A DNA stretch of 64,000 bases from Squalus acanthias (taxonomy: Eukaryota): assembly GCA_030390025.1 (NCBI GenBank), contig CM059433.1, positions 18,788,001-18,852,000 of the forward strand. Reading direction: 5' to 3'. Shown here one piece after another: positions 52,167 through 63,693 of the stretch. The notes beneath the pieces were generated by a model. It made no database searches and was not told the origin of the DNA. It saw only the letters and a program-made list of their open reading frames with translations. Position numbers and translations under genes: made by a program. Within the stretch, counting starts at the first letter, position 1. Each line of letters starts with the position of its first letter.

Positions 52167-52507
52167 CAGCTTTGAAAAGGGAAGTGGATAAATATTTGAA
52201 AAAAGAAAAATTTTATGGGGTCCAGGGAATGGACCTGTTCTATCAGAGGGTTGGCACCGGTGCAATGAGCCGAATGGCCTCTTTCTGTGCTGTAAAACTC
52301 TATGGTGGTGAAATTTTTCTTGAGTGGCGGTGGCAGCAGCGAATCAGCAGTCCATTTTACACCCTGCTCGAGTTCCTTTCCTATTGAATGCAGCTTTCTA
52401 TTATATACATAAAAAAGGTATAGGTAATTGTTCTACAGGACACTGCACCGTACTGCACTAAGAAGATACAGAAGCAAGCCAACAGCTGCTTCAGTATAGC
52501 AATTCAC

Positions 52508-52776
52508 CCTGCAGCAATGTGGATAGAGTCTAGTCCAAGGGCTTCCAGTACAATGCAAGCACTATTTACATGCTTGAGCAAGTCCTGTGAATGCACACGG
52601 GACCATGTTATCAGTGGCTCTGTAGGCAGTGATCTCCTGAATTGCATGGAGTTGAAGACAGATGTCAATGACCCATTCGGCATATTTCTACTCTGGTCAC
52701 ATCCACAAAGGCAGAAACAAATGAGTTCTTCCACTGAATAAGTGTTACATCCACTGTCCTCCAACATATTTCCTCA
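52508..52776 (-). CDS. Candidate first coding exon A (ATG 52767: MLEDSGCNTYSVEELICFCLCGCDQ...VNSACIVLEALGLDSIHIAA(G))
   Basis: Acceptor AG 9-14 nt upstream of the ATG, in-frame upstream TGA, A at -3, donor AGG|GTGAAT in phase 2 matching exon B; non-repetitive. Confidence 0.65.
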
Positions 52777-53080
52777 CTATACTTTAGGCATAAACACAAA
52801 TATATTAAAAATAACACTTTCAAAATGTTGCGAGCTGTGAGAAAAAAAATGAATAAAAGTAAGGTGTGCCTTTTACGGATGAAAGGGCACAGTTTTCCAA
52901 TGGGTTCTTTGGTGATCATTTATTGTTTAGCGCACAATTTCCTCAAGCCCGTGGGTGAAGGGAATGGAGCTTCAGAGCTGTTAGAGTGGCGGCGTGGCGC
53001 TCACGATGTACGCGATAGTTTTATAAAGGTGAAAGGTGTGGTGAACATTGTGATTCACTTTCTTGTACTTTTAATGAACT

Positions 53081-53095
53081 CCAGCAGGTGGCGCT
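53081..53095 (+). promoter_or_regulatory. CTCF-like motif CCAGCAGGTGGCGCT
   Basis: Close match to the CTCF core consensus; motif match only. Confidence 0.45.
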
Positions 53096-53335
53096 CATTT
53101 ACTGCTGTTTGGAGGAAATCAAAAAGTAGCAAGTACCAGCAAACAAATCTGTTCTATCTGAAATTTGTAATCCATGCCAGGTTCAAGTCGCCAAGTACAC
53201 ACTGCCTTCGGTTAACCTCAACTGCTGGTGATGTGTATCAGGAAAGTGTAGGCATGCTGCCCACCATTTCTGACCATTAACTATTGCTGATTTTTTTTTC
53301 CTTAAATCAGTAATTGGTTTAACAACTCTTAACAG

Positions 53336-53426
53336 AAATGAGAAGTCGCACAACACCAGGTTATAGTCCAACAGTTTTATTTGAAATCACGAGCTTTCGG
53401 AGCGCTGCTCCTTCCTCAGGTGAAGT
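53336..53426 (-). mobile_element. 91-bp Penelope-derived insertion: hammerhead motif (53387-53423) plus 3' end
   Basis: Perfect 13-bp TSD CAACTCTTAACAG (53323-35, 53427-39). Confidence 0.9.
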
Positions 53427-53505
53427 CAACTCTTAACAGGTAAGAGGAATATTCAAAGATGAACCTTATAATGATCCATCTTGCATATATATATATTCAT
53501 CTCTC

Positions 53506-54237
53506 TCAACTGGACCAGCCACATAAATGCTGTGGCTACAAGAGCAGGTCAGAGGCTGGGTATTCTGCTGCAAGTGCCTCACCTCCTGACTCCCCAAAGC
53601 CTTTCCACCATCTACAAACATAGAAACATAGAAAATAGGTGCAGGAGTAGACCATTCGGTCCTTCGAGCCTTCACCGCCATTTAATGCATTCATGGCTGA
53701 ACAAGGCACAAGTAAGGAGTGTGATGGAATACTCTCCACCTGCCTGGATGAGTGCAGCTCCAACAACACTCAAGAAGCTCGACACCATCCAGGACAAAGC
53801 AGCCCGCTTGATTGGCAACCCATCCACCACCTTAAACATTCACTCCCTCCACCACCGGCGCACCGTGGCTGCAGTGTGTACCATCTACAAGATGCACTGC
53901 AGCAACTTGCCAAGGCTTCTTTGGCAGCATCTCCCAAACCCGCGACCTCTACCACCTAGAAGGACAAGGGCAGCAGGCGCATGGGATACCACCACCTGCA
54001 AGTTCCCCTCCAAGTCACACACCATCCTGACTTGGAAAAATATCACCGTTCCTTCATTGTCGCTGGGTCAAAATCCTGGAACTCCCTACCTAACAGCACT
54101 GTGGGAGTACCTTCACCACACAGACTGCAGCGGTTCAAGAAGGCGGCTCACCACCACCTTCTCAAGGAAAATTAGGGATGGGCAATAAATGCTGGCATTG
54201 CCAGCGACGCCCACATCCCAGGAACGAATAAAAAATA
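53506..54237 (+). mobile_element. LINE family B fragment with nested antisense CR1 tail (53618-53700, TSD ACAA)
   Basis: Removing the insert restores catctacaaggcacaag. Confidence 0.9.
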
Positions 54238-54634
54238 ATGATATCTCTGCAAGTTGAATATTCATCTGTCAGAATTAGAAATCATTTTTCGATCATTATT
54301 AAAGCTGACATAGTTATTTATCTGAACAAAAAAATGTCTTGTATCTGCTGACATTTGTGAATGTTGTGTCCATATTTTCTGTTACCCACAATTTTTTTTG
54401 CCTCATTAGGTCAGTGTATAGTCTTTTTTTTCTGCACTCTGATTGGCTGATTTCTTTGTGTAAGCTCTATAATTTCTACTTCCTAATTGGATCTTTTTCA
54501 CTATTGTTACCTCACCAATCAAACCTTTCTTCCCACCAAAAACATTTCTGATTTCTGCTCAATCAGATTGCACCAATCACTCGAACAACATCCTAGTATA
54601 ACTAGTATAGTATCCACCACTTACTAGTGTAGTC

Positions 54635-55478
54635 ATGATGCAGAGATGCCGGTGTTGGACTGGGGTGGACAAAAATGAGAAGTCGCACAACACCAGGTTA
54701 TAGTCCAACAGTTTTATTTAAAATTACGAGCTTTCGGAGCACTGCTCCTTCTTCAGGTACAAGAACAGTGAGGGAATACAAATCGGCAGTATATATACAC
54801 AGAGAGCAATTTTTCTGCAGAGATACAATCTGTTAGGAGGCATTACATCAAAGACACATCAGAGTACAGCTAAGACAATGAGGTGGGTCACAGGGGGTCC
54901 AACGTGTCAAATGTTGCCGTCTGCAGTTGAGCTTCTAACATTTTTTTTGGTTGTTTTTTTTAAAAACTGGAAAGACAGACAACGATGTCAAGTCACGTTC
55001 TGTAGCGTGACATGAACCCGAGATCCCTATTGAGGCCGTCCTCATGGGTGCGGAACTTGGCTATCAGCAGAAACTGATAGCCAAGTTCTGCACCCATGAG
55101 GACGGCCTCAATAGGGATCTCGGGTTCATGTCACGCTACAGAACGTGACTCGACATCGTTGTCTGTCTTTCCAGTTTTTAAAAAAAACAACCAAAAAAAA
55201 AACCAAAAAAAAGTTAAAAGCTCAACTGCAGACGGCAACATTTGACACGTTGGACCCCCCTGTGACCCATCTCATTGTCTTAGCTGTACTCTGAGGTGTC
55301 TTTGATGTAATGCCTTCCTAACAGATTGTATCTCTGCAGACAAATTGCTCTCTGTGTATATATACTGCCGATTTGTATTCCCTCACTGTACTTGTACCTG
55401 AAGAAGGAGCAGCGCTCCGAAAGCTCGTAATTTTAAATAAAACTGTTGGACTATAACCTGGTGTTGTGCGACTTCTCA
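54635..55478. mobile_element. Foldback (head-to-head) Penelope 3' ends, arms 54675-55067 / 55074-55479
   Basis: About 400-bp inverted arms, 6-nt spacer CAGAAA, TSD TACTAGTGTAGTC (54622-34, 55479-91); hammerheads at 54724-54760 (-) and 55395-55430 (+). Confidence 0.95.
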
Positions 55479-56276
55479 TACTAGTGTAGTCCCCATGCTT
55501 ATCACAAAGAGTCGCCAAAGTGGGGTATAATGCTAACCATTTGTCAGTACCATCGGAGTCAATGACAAAGCCACCGCCTATAGCATGTTAAGCATACCAG
55601 CTATTTTGGGCAGTTCAGTAGGTTCTTCAATAAATTTGCACCTCGTTAATCCCTTGTATTTATTGATTTATATAAAGTGCTAACGGAATGCATACCCTTT
55701 AACTACTGCATTTGTGAAATCGGCCCTTTGTCTTGGTAATGGGATTCCAGCTGAGAATGAAACGAGTTCCAACAATGCTTCCCTTCATCAAAGACATCAA
55801 AATAGAGCGTGAAAGGGGAGAGAGGAAGAGAAGAAACACATAATTAAAACAGGCCGTGAAATCACAGGCTGCCATGTAATCCTCAGCACCTGAATATTGT
55901 TTGATTTCAGCCTTGAAAAGAAATCTGCGAGAATATGTTAGCCAGCTTCAGTCAGTTAGAGCTCCAGGGGAATCATCGGTACAGAGGTGCTGAAGTGTGG
56001 GCAGTGGGAACTGGAAATGCAGTGCGAATGGTAGAGGCCATCCACTCCAGCCATTACTTTGACAAAGCCATTTGTTATAGAGACTAAATGAGGAGGCTTA
56101 ACACTGGAGATTAGTGTACAGTACAACCTATTATGGTTGAACCATGCACCGTTTCTAGGGGGCAAGTCACATTGACACCAATGCACCAGCTTTAAGCAAT
56201 GGGGGCTGCACTAATGCTGATGATGCTGTCAGTAATCGAGGTGCACACAGTATTTTTAATTTCAAACTTCAGTAGA

Positions 56277-56905
56277 AAGGATGTCTTGCTACAGTTATAC
56301 AGGGCCTTGGTGAGACCACACCTGGAGCACTGTGTGCAGTTTTGGTCTCCTTACCTAAGAAAGGATATACTTGCCATAGAGGGAGTGCAGCGAAGGTTCA
56401 CCAGACTGATTCCTGGATGGCAGGACTGTCGTATGAGGAGAGATTGGGTTGACTAGGCCTGTATTCACTAGAGTTTAGAAGAATGAGAGGGGATCTCATT
56501 GAAACGTATAAAATTCTGACAGGGCTAGACAGACTGGATGCAGGGAGGATGTTTCCCCTGGCTGGGGGGTCGAGAACGAACATACGAACATACAAATTAG
56601 GAGCAGGAGTAGGCCACAGTCTCAGGATATGGGGTAGGACATTTAGGACTGAGATGAGGAGAAATTTCTTCACTCAGAGGGTGGTGAACCTGTGGAATTC
56701 TCTACCACAGAAGGCTGTGGAGGCCAAGTTACTGTATATATTTAAGAAGGGGATAGATAGATTTCTAGACACAAAAGTCATCAAGAGGTATGGGGAGAGA
56801 ACGGGAATATGGTATTGAGATAGAGGATCAGCCATGATCATATTGAATGGCGGAGCAGGCTCAAAGGGCCGAATGGCCTATTCCTGCTCCAATTTTCTAT
56901 GTTTC
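56277..56905 (+). mobile_element. CR1 3' fragment with about 37-bp antisense CR1 terminus inserted at about 56578-56614
   Basis: KDVLLQLYRALVRPHLEHCVQFWSP; gaacatacgaacatac..aggagcaggagtaggc interrupts the SRTRGH codons. Confidence 0.9.
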
Positions 56906-57039
56906 TGTTCTAAAATAATACAGAGATTGGGAAATGGCAGATATGATGAAGGTTTTTTTTTGTACATCAGACTTCACTAATGAACACCAGTGTAGACAAC
57001 TTCCATGTCCAGTCACTTCACCTGAAGAAACTATTATAT

Positions 57040-58870
57040 AGGTGCAGGTCAGTAAAGCAGGCGCTCTGAAGAAACACAAAGAACTAAATATCCACCTGGG
57101 CCAGGTGGGATACATCCTAGAATGCTCAAGAACATGAGTGTGGAAATAAACAAGTTAGACTTTTTGGGAGCGCCATAACTACAAGAGCTGTGCTGAAGGA
57201 CTGAAGAATAACAACACAAAAGTGAAGCATGAAGCTGGGGATTATAGGCTGGTTAGCTTAAAATCAGTTAGGATAAAATGTTCGAGAGCATGATAACAGT
57301 GTTTGTTTGCAGAGCCCAGAGTCAATTAGGAATAAGAAAGCAAGAAAGAACTTAAATTTATCTAGCGCCTTTCATGAACCTAGGACATCCCAAAGTGCTT
57401 TACAGCCTATTAAGTACTTTTGAAGTCAAATTCTGCCCTCTTGAGCATCCCTGATAATCAGCGCTCAACCATCGGTGGCCGTGTCTTCAGCTGCCTAGGC
57501 CCTAAGCTCTGGAACTCCCTCCCTAAACCTCTTCACCTCTCTACCTCTCTTTCCTCCTTTAAGAGGATCCTTAAAACCTACCTCTTTGACCAAGCTTTTG
57601 GTTATCTGCCCTAATTTCTTATGTGGCTCGGTGTCAATTTTCTGTCTTATAACACTCCTGTGAAGCGCCTTGGGACGTTTTACTACGTTAAAGGCGCTCT
57701 ATAAATACAAGTTGTTGTTGTTGTTGTGTAGTCACTGCTGTAATCTAGGAAATGCGGCAGCCAATTTGCACACAGCAAGCTCCAACAAACAGCAATGTGA
57801 TAATGACCAGATTACAGGACACTGGAGAGAACTCCCCTGCTCTGCTTTGAATAGTGCCATAGGATCTTTTTCGTCCACCTGAGAGGGTGGACGTGGCCTC
57901 GGTTTAACGTTGCATCCGAAAGATAGTCACCATGATTTAGAAGCAACAGATTATGCCCTGTGAATCTGCTGGAACAGCTTGACTGGGTAACAGATACAAT
58001 CTTGGATTTTTAGACAGTTTTTGCCAATGTTCCAAATATGAACCACAATAATCAATGACCAATAATCAATCATGGAATTAATAGCAAGCTAGCTAATTGG
58101 ATTGGAAAAGTGACCAGCAACACTATCAATGGAATGTGATAATAAATGGAAAACCTTAGTGAGGAGGACAGCTCACAAAGATCTGGCCCTAGTCCCATGC
58201 TGTTTACTATTTATAAATGATATAAAGGAGGATACATCTTGTGTAAATTTAACATTTTGCTGATGGCATCAAGCTTTAGGTGGCAGGTGATGAGATTAAA
58301 AAGTATCCGATTATATTCAAATGGATCTGAATCAGATCAACAGATGGGCTAAATAAATGACAGATGAATTTTAATGTAGGTCAAGATAGTGCTATGCACA
58401 TTGAAACAAGAAATCTGAAATATGTCCATGATGAACAGATGATGATTCAAAAAGGGAGAAAAAGAAAAAGATTTGGAAAACTATTCATCCATTGTTATCA
58501 ATGAGTCTAATCATATTACATCGCAAAGGTGTTTAAGTGAAATAGTTCAATGCTGGGCCATATTTGGAGTGATAAATGGTGCACACCTGATAATTCCATA
58601 ACCGATTGTTTCCTTTTACAGATGGTGATGACATGCTGTGTATTTCCAGCACTTTCTGGTTTTTATTTCAGATTTCCAGCATTTGCAGCTTTTCCTTTTT
58701 TTTAATTCATATTTGGAATAGTTTAGGACATCCAACCTTCAAAGAACATTATTACTTTGGGTACTGAGGGAAACAACAAGAATGGTTCCAGGACTGAAAG
58801 CTTGAAGTGATGGACTCACAGAACAGGTCTTGTTTCATTAGTAAACAGAAGATTAAGAACAGTTAAGTTT
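57040..58870 (+). mobile_element. Highly decayed CR1 ORF2 hosting a minus-strand Deu-SINE (57340-57926), itself split by an L2 3' end (57427-57726)
   Basis: Remnants of PGP.GIHPRMLK, LFTIY, FADG.KL; SINE halves match the reverse complement of 46239-46660; L2 piece matches 42600-42899 with (TTG)n tail. Confidence 0.7.
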
Positions 58871-59286
58871 CAGATTTTTCCCAGGAGAGGATGCACTATA
58901 CCTAGCAAATAGACTGTTCTTCTAAGGGTCAGTCAGTTCCGGGCTAGCCCCTAGGCCTATCAGAAGTTGTCACCTTGGTAAAGTGAATAATAACACTCTG
59001 CCATGCAGGTTGTTCCACCCCATCGATGCTGTCACTGGAATAGCTCGGTTGAAAGGCAGAACCAAAATAACAGGCCTGTGTTGGGGCAGAAAATTGAAGT
59101 TTTGAACAGAAGATAATGGAAATGAAAATCAGGGCGGATTCTATAGTGGGTGGGCGATCCGCTCTGCCAGTTTACCGCCCAAGAGGCAAGGGTGAAAACT
59201 GACGATCGCATCTTAAATCCTGACAGATGACACCAATTCCATATCTGCATATACCCAATCAGGAAAGGTATCATGAATTATCATGC

Positions 59287-59853
59287 ATCTACCCCAGAGA
59301 GCTGTGGAGGCTGGGTCATTGAATATATTTAAGGTGGAGATAGACAGATTTTTGAACGATGAGGGAGTCAAGGGTTATGGGGAGCGGGCAGGAAGTGGAG
59401 TTGAGCCCAAGATCAGATCAGCCCTAATCTTATTGAATGGCAGAGCAGGCTCGAGGGGCCAAATGGCCTACTCCTGCTCCTATTTCTTATGTTCTCATGT
59501 TTATGTTTGGAAGGGTCTGCTATCAATGCACTGGAAGGATGCCTAACCTTGCGATGAAAATCCATTTGACCATATGTAATTGGTAGAAGGATTAGAGGGG
59601 AGTTGAAGAGAACTTTTTTCACCCAGAGTGGGGTGGGGGTCTGGACCTCACTGCCTGAAAGGGGGGTAGAGGCAGAAACCTTCATTGAATTTAAAAAGTA
59701 CTTGGATATGCACTTGAAGTGCAGTAAGCTACAAGGCTACGGACCAAGAGCTTGAAAGTGGGATTAGGCTGGATAGCTCTTTTTCGGCCAGCACGGACAC
59801 AATGGGCCAAATGGCCTCTTTCTGTGCTGTAAATTTCTTTGATTCTATGATTC
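59287..59853 (+). mobile_element. Two adjacent CR1 3' ends (59287-59500; 59575-59853)
   Basis: LPQRAVEA motif, 3' hairpins, gattctatgattct tail. Confidence 0.85.
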
Positions 59854-61057
59854 TAAGTTAGAAATTAGTACAAAGCAGGGAAAAGCTTTTGGTGTTTCAA
59901 CCGACATGGAAATATACTCCAAAAGCCTGCTGAATCTTTAATGTTAAGTTGCATCTTCTATAACATTGTTATTTGTAATGAAATCAGGGTTGAGGTTCCA
60001 GAGGACAGATTAAACAATGCTTGCAATCAGGCTGCTGAAGTGCAGAAACCCCTGACAGAAACAGAGAAATTAGAATTGTTGTCATTGATCAATCTTTTTG
60101 TTGCCTGATTTGACAGTTTTCTGTGAGCATGACTCTAAGTCAAACAGTGACTGTCGTAGTGGCACTTTGACTCCGACCAGCCGCATTATTATTTTGGAAC
60201 CTCTGACTGGACGGTTCCCTGCAGTTGTTCCGCTGCTTCCAAACGTAGGTAAATGCGTCGGTTCCTGGTCTATATAACCAAAACCAAAAAAAAATCCTCA
60301 GACAATATCAACAATACCTCTTGCAATACACCTCTTATGAGCATGAATTTTCTGATGTTGAATATTGCTCTGACATGAAGTATTACTCTACAGCCTCAAG
60401 CTCAAGGCAATTTAATGCATTTGTGTCATCAACTCATTAATTAAACATTCCAGAGCCCAATAAATTGGCTCTTAGCTTTGCACCATTTGTGTTAAATTTA
60501 GAAATTATTGTATCTTACGGATACTTCATTACCATTCGATAAATTCAACTGTTTTCTATCATATATCATTGAATAATGCCTGTTAATTACAAACATCCTT
60601 GTGTACCTTGGTGAATGTTTAGATTTATTTATTTTCTATATTATGTCGCTTGATATTTTAATCTTTATGAACTGCTTCTCTCTTGGGTACTCTTTCTTAT
60701 TTTTAACAAACTTCTTATCCAATCCACGTCCTATCCGGGACTTTTGTGGCTTTTAGCTTAATTAAAAACCTTTCACGTGGAACTTTTCCAAAAATCTTTT
60801 TGAAACTTCAAATAAGTGATATTGTAGGGATTTCTGCGGTCTATTTTATCTGTAATTCTCTCAAAGAAGTTAAGGAGGTTTGTCAGGTAAAATCTTCCCA
60901 TTTGAAATTCATGCTGGTCGTTTCTTCGTCGTTATTATAGAGTACTCATCCAGGATACTTCTTTCAATAATTTCCATTATTTTATCTGTTACTGATGTCA
61001 GGCCATAGGGCCTGTTGCTGCCTAGGTCAGAATCGTTGCCCTTTTTGTTTCTTTGAT

Positions 61058-61667
61058 TGTAATCCTACACAATTTCACCAGAGCCCAATTGTTGGTGAAA
61101 AATTAATTCACTCGAGTCTGTCTCAAAGCAAAAGATCACAGTTTATTATTCAAAGCGCTTTCAAAGTGACCAGCTTCTCAATTTAATAGTAGCAGCCCAG
61201 CTTCTTTATACACTTCAAGAAGCCAGAAAATACAAACATCAGCAGTTATTACATCATGAGCGACCTTTAGTCGGGTCTCTAAAAACAACCTGATTAGAAT
61301 CTTACAATGTTAGCGAAACCCATTCTAGTTCTGCTTTTGTCTAATGGTGGTTAGCCATCTGGGCTGCAAGGTTTATTCTTGCTCCATCATAGCTTCGGTC
61401 AACCTGAGTTGTCTGTTAGTGATTGGACATCATTCGAGGTTAGTTTATTATAGACAACAATGATTCACGTTTTGTTCTGCAGTGTCTGCATTATCTATAC
61501 CACAGACCAAGCAAGCTGGTCTTTATCTAATTATACCCCTGTCTCCATCGGCTTGTGGCCTTCGGGAGATACTTTGACCTTTACTCTCGTCCTTTAAGCA
61601 GTTCAACTAATCTTAAGCATTACAACTGATTTGCCCTTACATTATTACAATTAATTTTACCCTTACA
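61058..61667 (-). mobile_element. Candidate solo LTR of about 600 bp
   Basis: TGTAA...TTACA termini; minus-strand TATAAA (about 61210) then AATAAA (about 61147); no exact TSD; end ambiguous (61641 or 61667). Confidence 0.45.
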
Positions 61668-62544
61668 CCAATGATTCTTTTATGACAAGAACCAGTGACT
61701 AAAGTGACCTCGTTCTAACTCTGTTCATTTGAAATTCACTTTGGTAGCTGGTCTTCCTGATGAATTTAAGAAAAGAACAGTGTAGACAGCACAGCAACAT
61801 AGCACGTTGATGCTGCGAGACACAGGTTCCTCTCCACAATTACCCACTGAATTCGTTTTTTGATCTCCACTAGGCACTGGGGGAATAGCTGACAGAAATA
61901 AGGCAGATCCACCGAAAGATAGAATGGAAATCAGAGGTTACGTTAACCCACAACACTTGTGCGTATCTTCTAACAGCTGATTCAGATGCAGCATAGGCCA
62001 CGAGCTGAAAACAAGCTGTATGCATAAATCCTCACTGGAGAATGTTACATGATATGAGGAAACCGATAAAGGGGAAGAAAGGGTATTACATTAAAGACAA
62101 AACAAAGAAAAATAAATTTGTCCCTAGAATTCATCTAAGCATGCAGTTCATCCTTCCCTTCCAGCTTCAACATATGCCGGAGGCATAGATCATTTAGTAG
62201 TATAGTTGTCCCTACTTAGCATTTGTGATTCAATTGATCCCAAATGATCATTAAACAGCACCTGGTTTATTGCCCTACATTTCTTTTGCCAAACTTGATT
62301 CTGAGAATATTAACTTCACTGTGGATGGTTTCCATTTGTAGAAACCAGGATGTCAGTCTCTCTATTTTCCTTTATTTTAAAGTCAATAAATAGAAATGCA
62401 ATTTATTGCAGTTTTCTGCAGGGTGAGTCTGTTCAAAAGCATTATTATTGGCAGAATTCTAGCCAATCAGGAGTTGCCTGCAATAATTCTGATATCCTGC
62501 CTCTTGAGTGGATTAATAGCCAATTAATTAGTCAACTGCCCAGG

Positions 62545-63693
62545 TGTGTCCTGTCCACAAAAAGCAGGACAAATTCAATCCGGCCAATTACCGCCCCATC
62601 GGTCAACTCTCAATCATCAGCAAAGTGATGGAAGGTGTTATCGACAGTGCTATCAAGCAGCACTTACTCACCAATAACCTGCTCACTAAAGCCCAGTTTG
62701 GGTTCTGCCAAGACCACTCGGCTCCTGACTTCATTACAGCTTTGGTCCAAACATGGACAAAGGAGCTGAATTTCAGAGGTGAGGTGAGAGTGACTGTCCT
62801 TGACATCAAGGCAGCATTTGACCGAGTGTGGCATCAAGGAGCCCTAGTAAAACTGAAGTCAATGGGAATCAGGGGGAAAACTCTCCACTGGCTGGAGTCA
62901 TACCTAGCACAAAGGAAGATGGTTGTGGTGGTTGGAGGTCAATCATCACAGCCCCAGGACATCGCTGCAGGAGTTGCTCAGGGCAGAGTCCTAGGCCCAA
63001 CCATCTTCAGCTGCTTCATCAATGACCTTCCCTCCAACATAAGGTCAGAAATGGGGATGTTCGCTGATGACTGCACAGTGTTCAGTGCCATTCACAACTC
63101 CTCAGATAATGAAGCAGTCCATGCCCGCATGCAACAAGACCTGGACGACATTCAGGCTTGGGCTGATAAGTGGCAGGTAACATTCATGCCACACAAGTGC
63201 CAGGAAATGACTATCTCCAACAAGCGAGAGTCTAACCACCGCCCCTTGACATTCAACGGCATTACAATCGCCGAATCCCCATCCATCAACATCCTGGGGG
63301 TCACCATTGACCAGAGACTTAACTGGACCAGCCACATAAATACTGTGGCTACAAGAGCAGGTCAGAGGCTAGGTATTCTGCGATGAGTGTCTCACCTCCT
63401 GACTCCCCAAAGCCTTTCCACCATCTACAAGGCACAAGTCAGGAGTGTGATGGAATACTCTCCACTTGCCTGGGGTGTCAATCAAGCGGGCTGCTTTGTC
63501 CTGGATGGTGTCGAGCTTCTTGAGTGTTGTTGGAGCTACACTCATCCAGGAACTCCCTCCCTAACAGCACTGTGGGAGTACCTTCACCACACAGACTGCA
63601 GCGGTTCAAGAAGGCGGCTCACCTTCTCGAGGGCAAGTAGGGATGGGCAATAAATGCTGGCCTTTCCAGCGACGCCCACCTCCCATGAACGAA
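62545..63693 (+). mobile_element. LINE family B with RT domain and an internal inversion/deletion
   Basis: NYRPI.QLSIISKVME, QFGF, LDIKAAFDRVWH, GV.QG.VLGP, FADD; 63472-63550 inverted. Confidence 0.93.
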
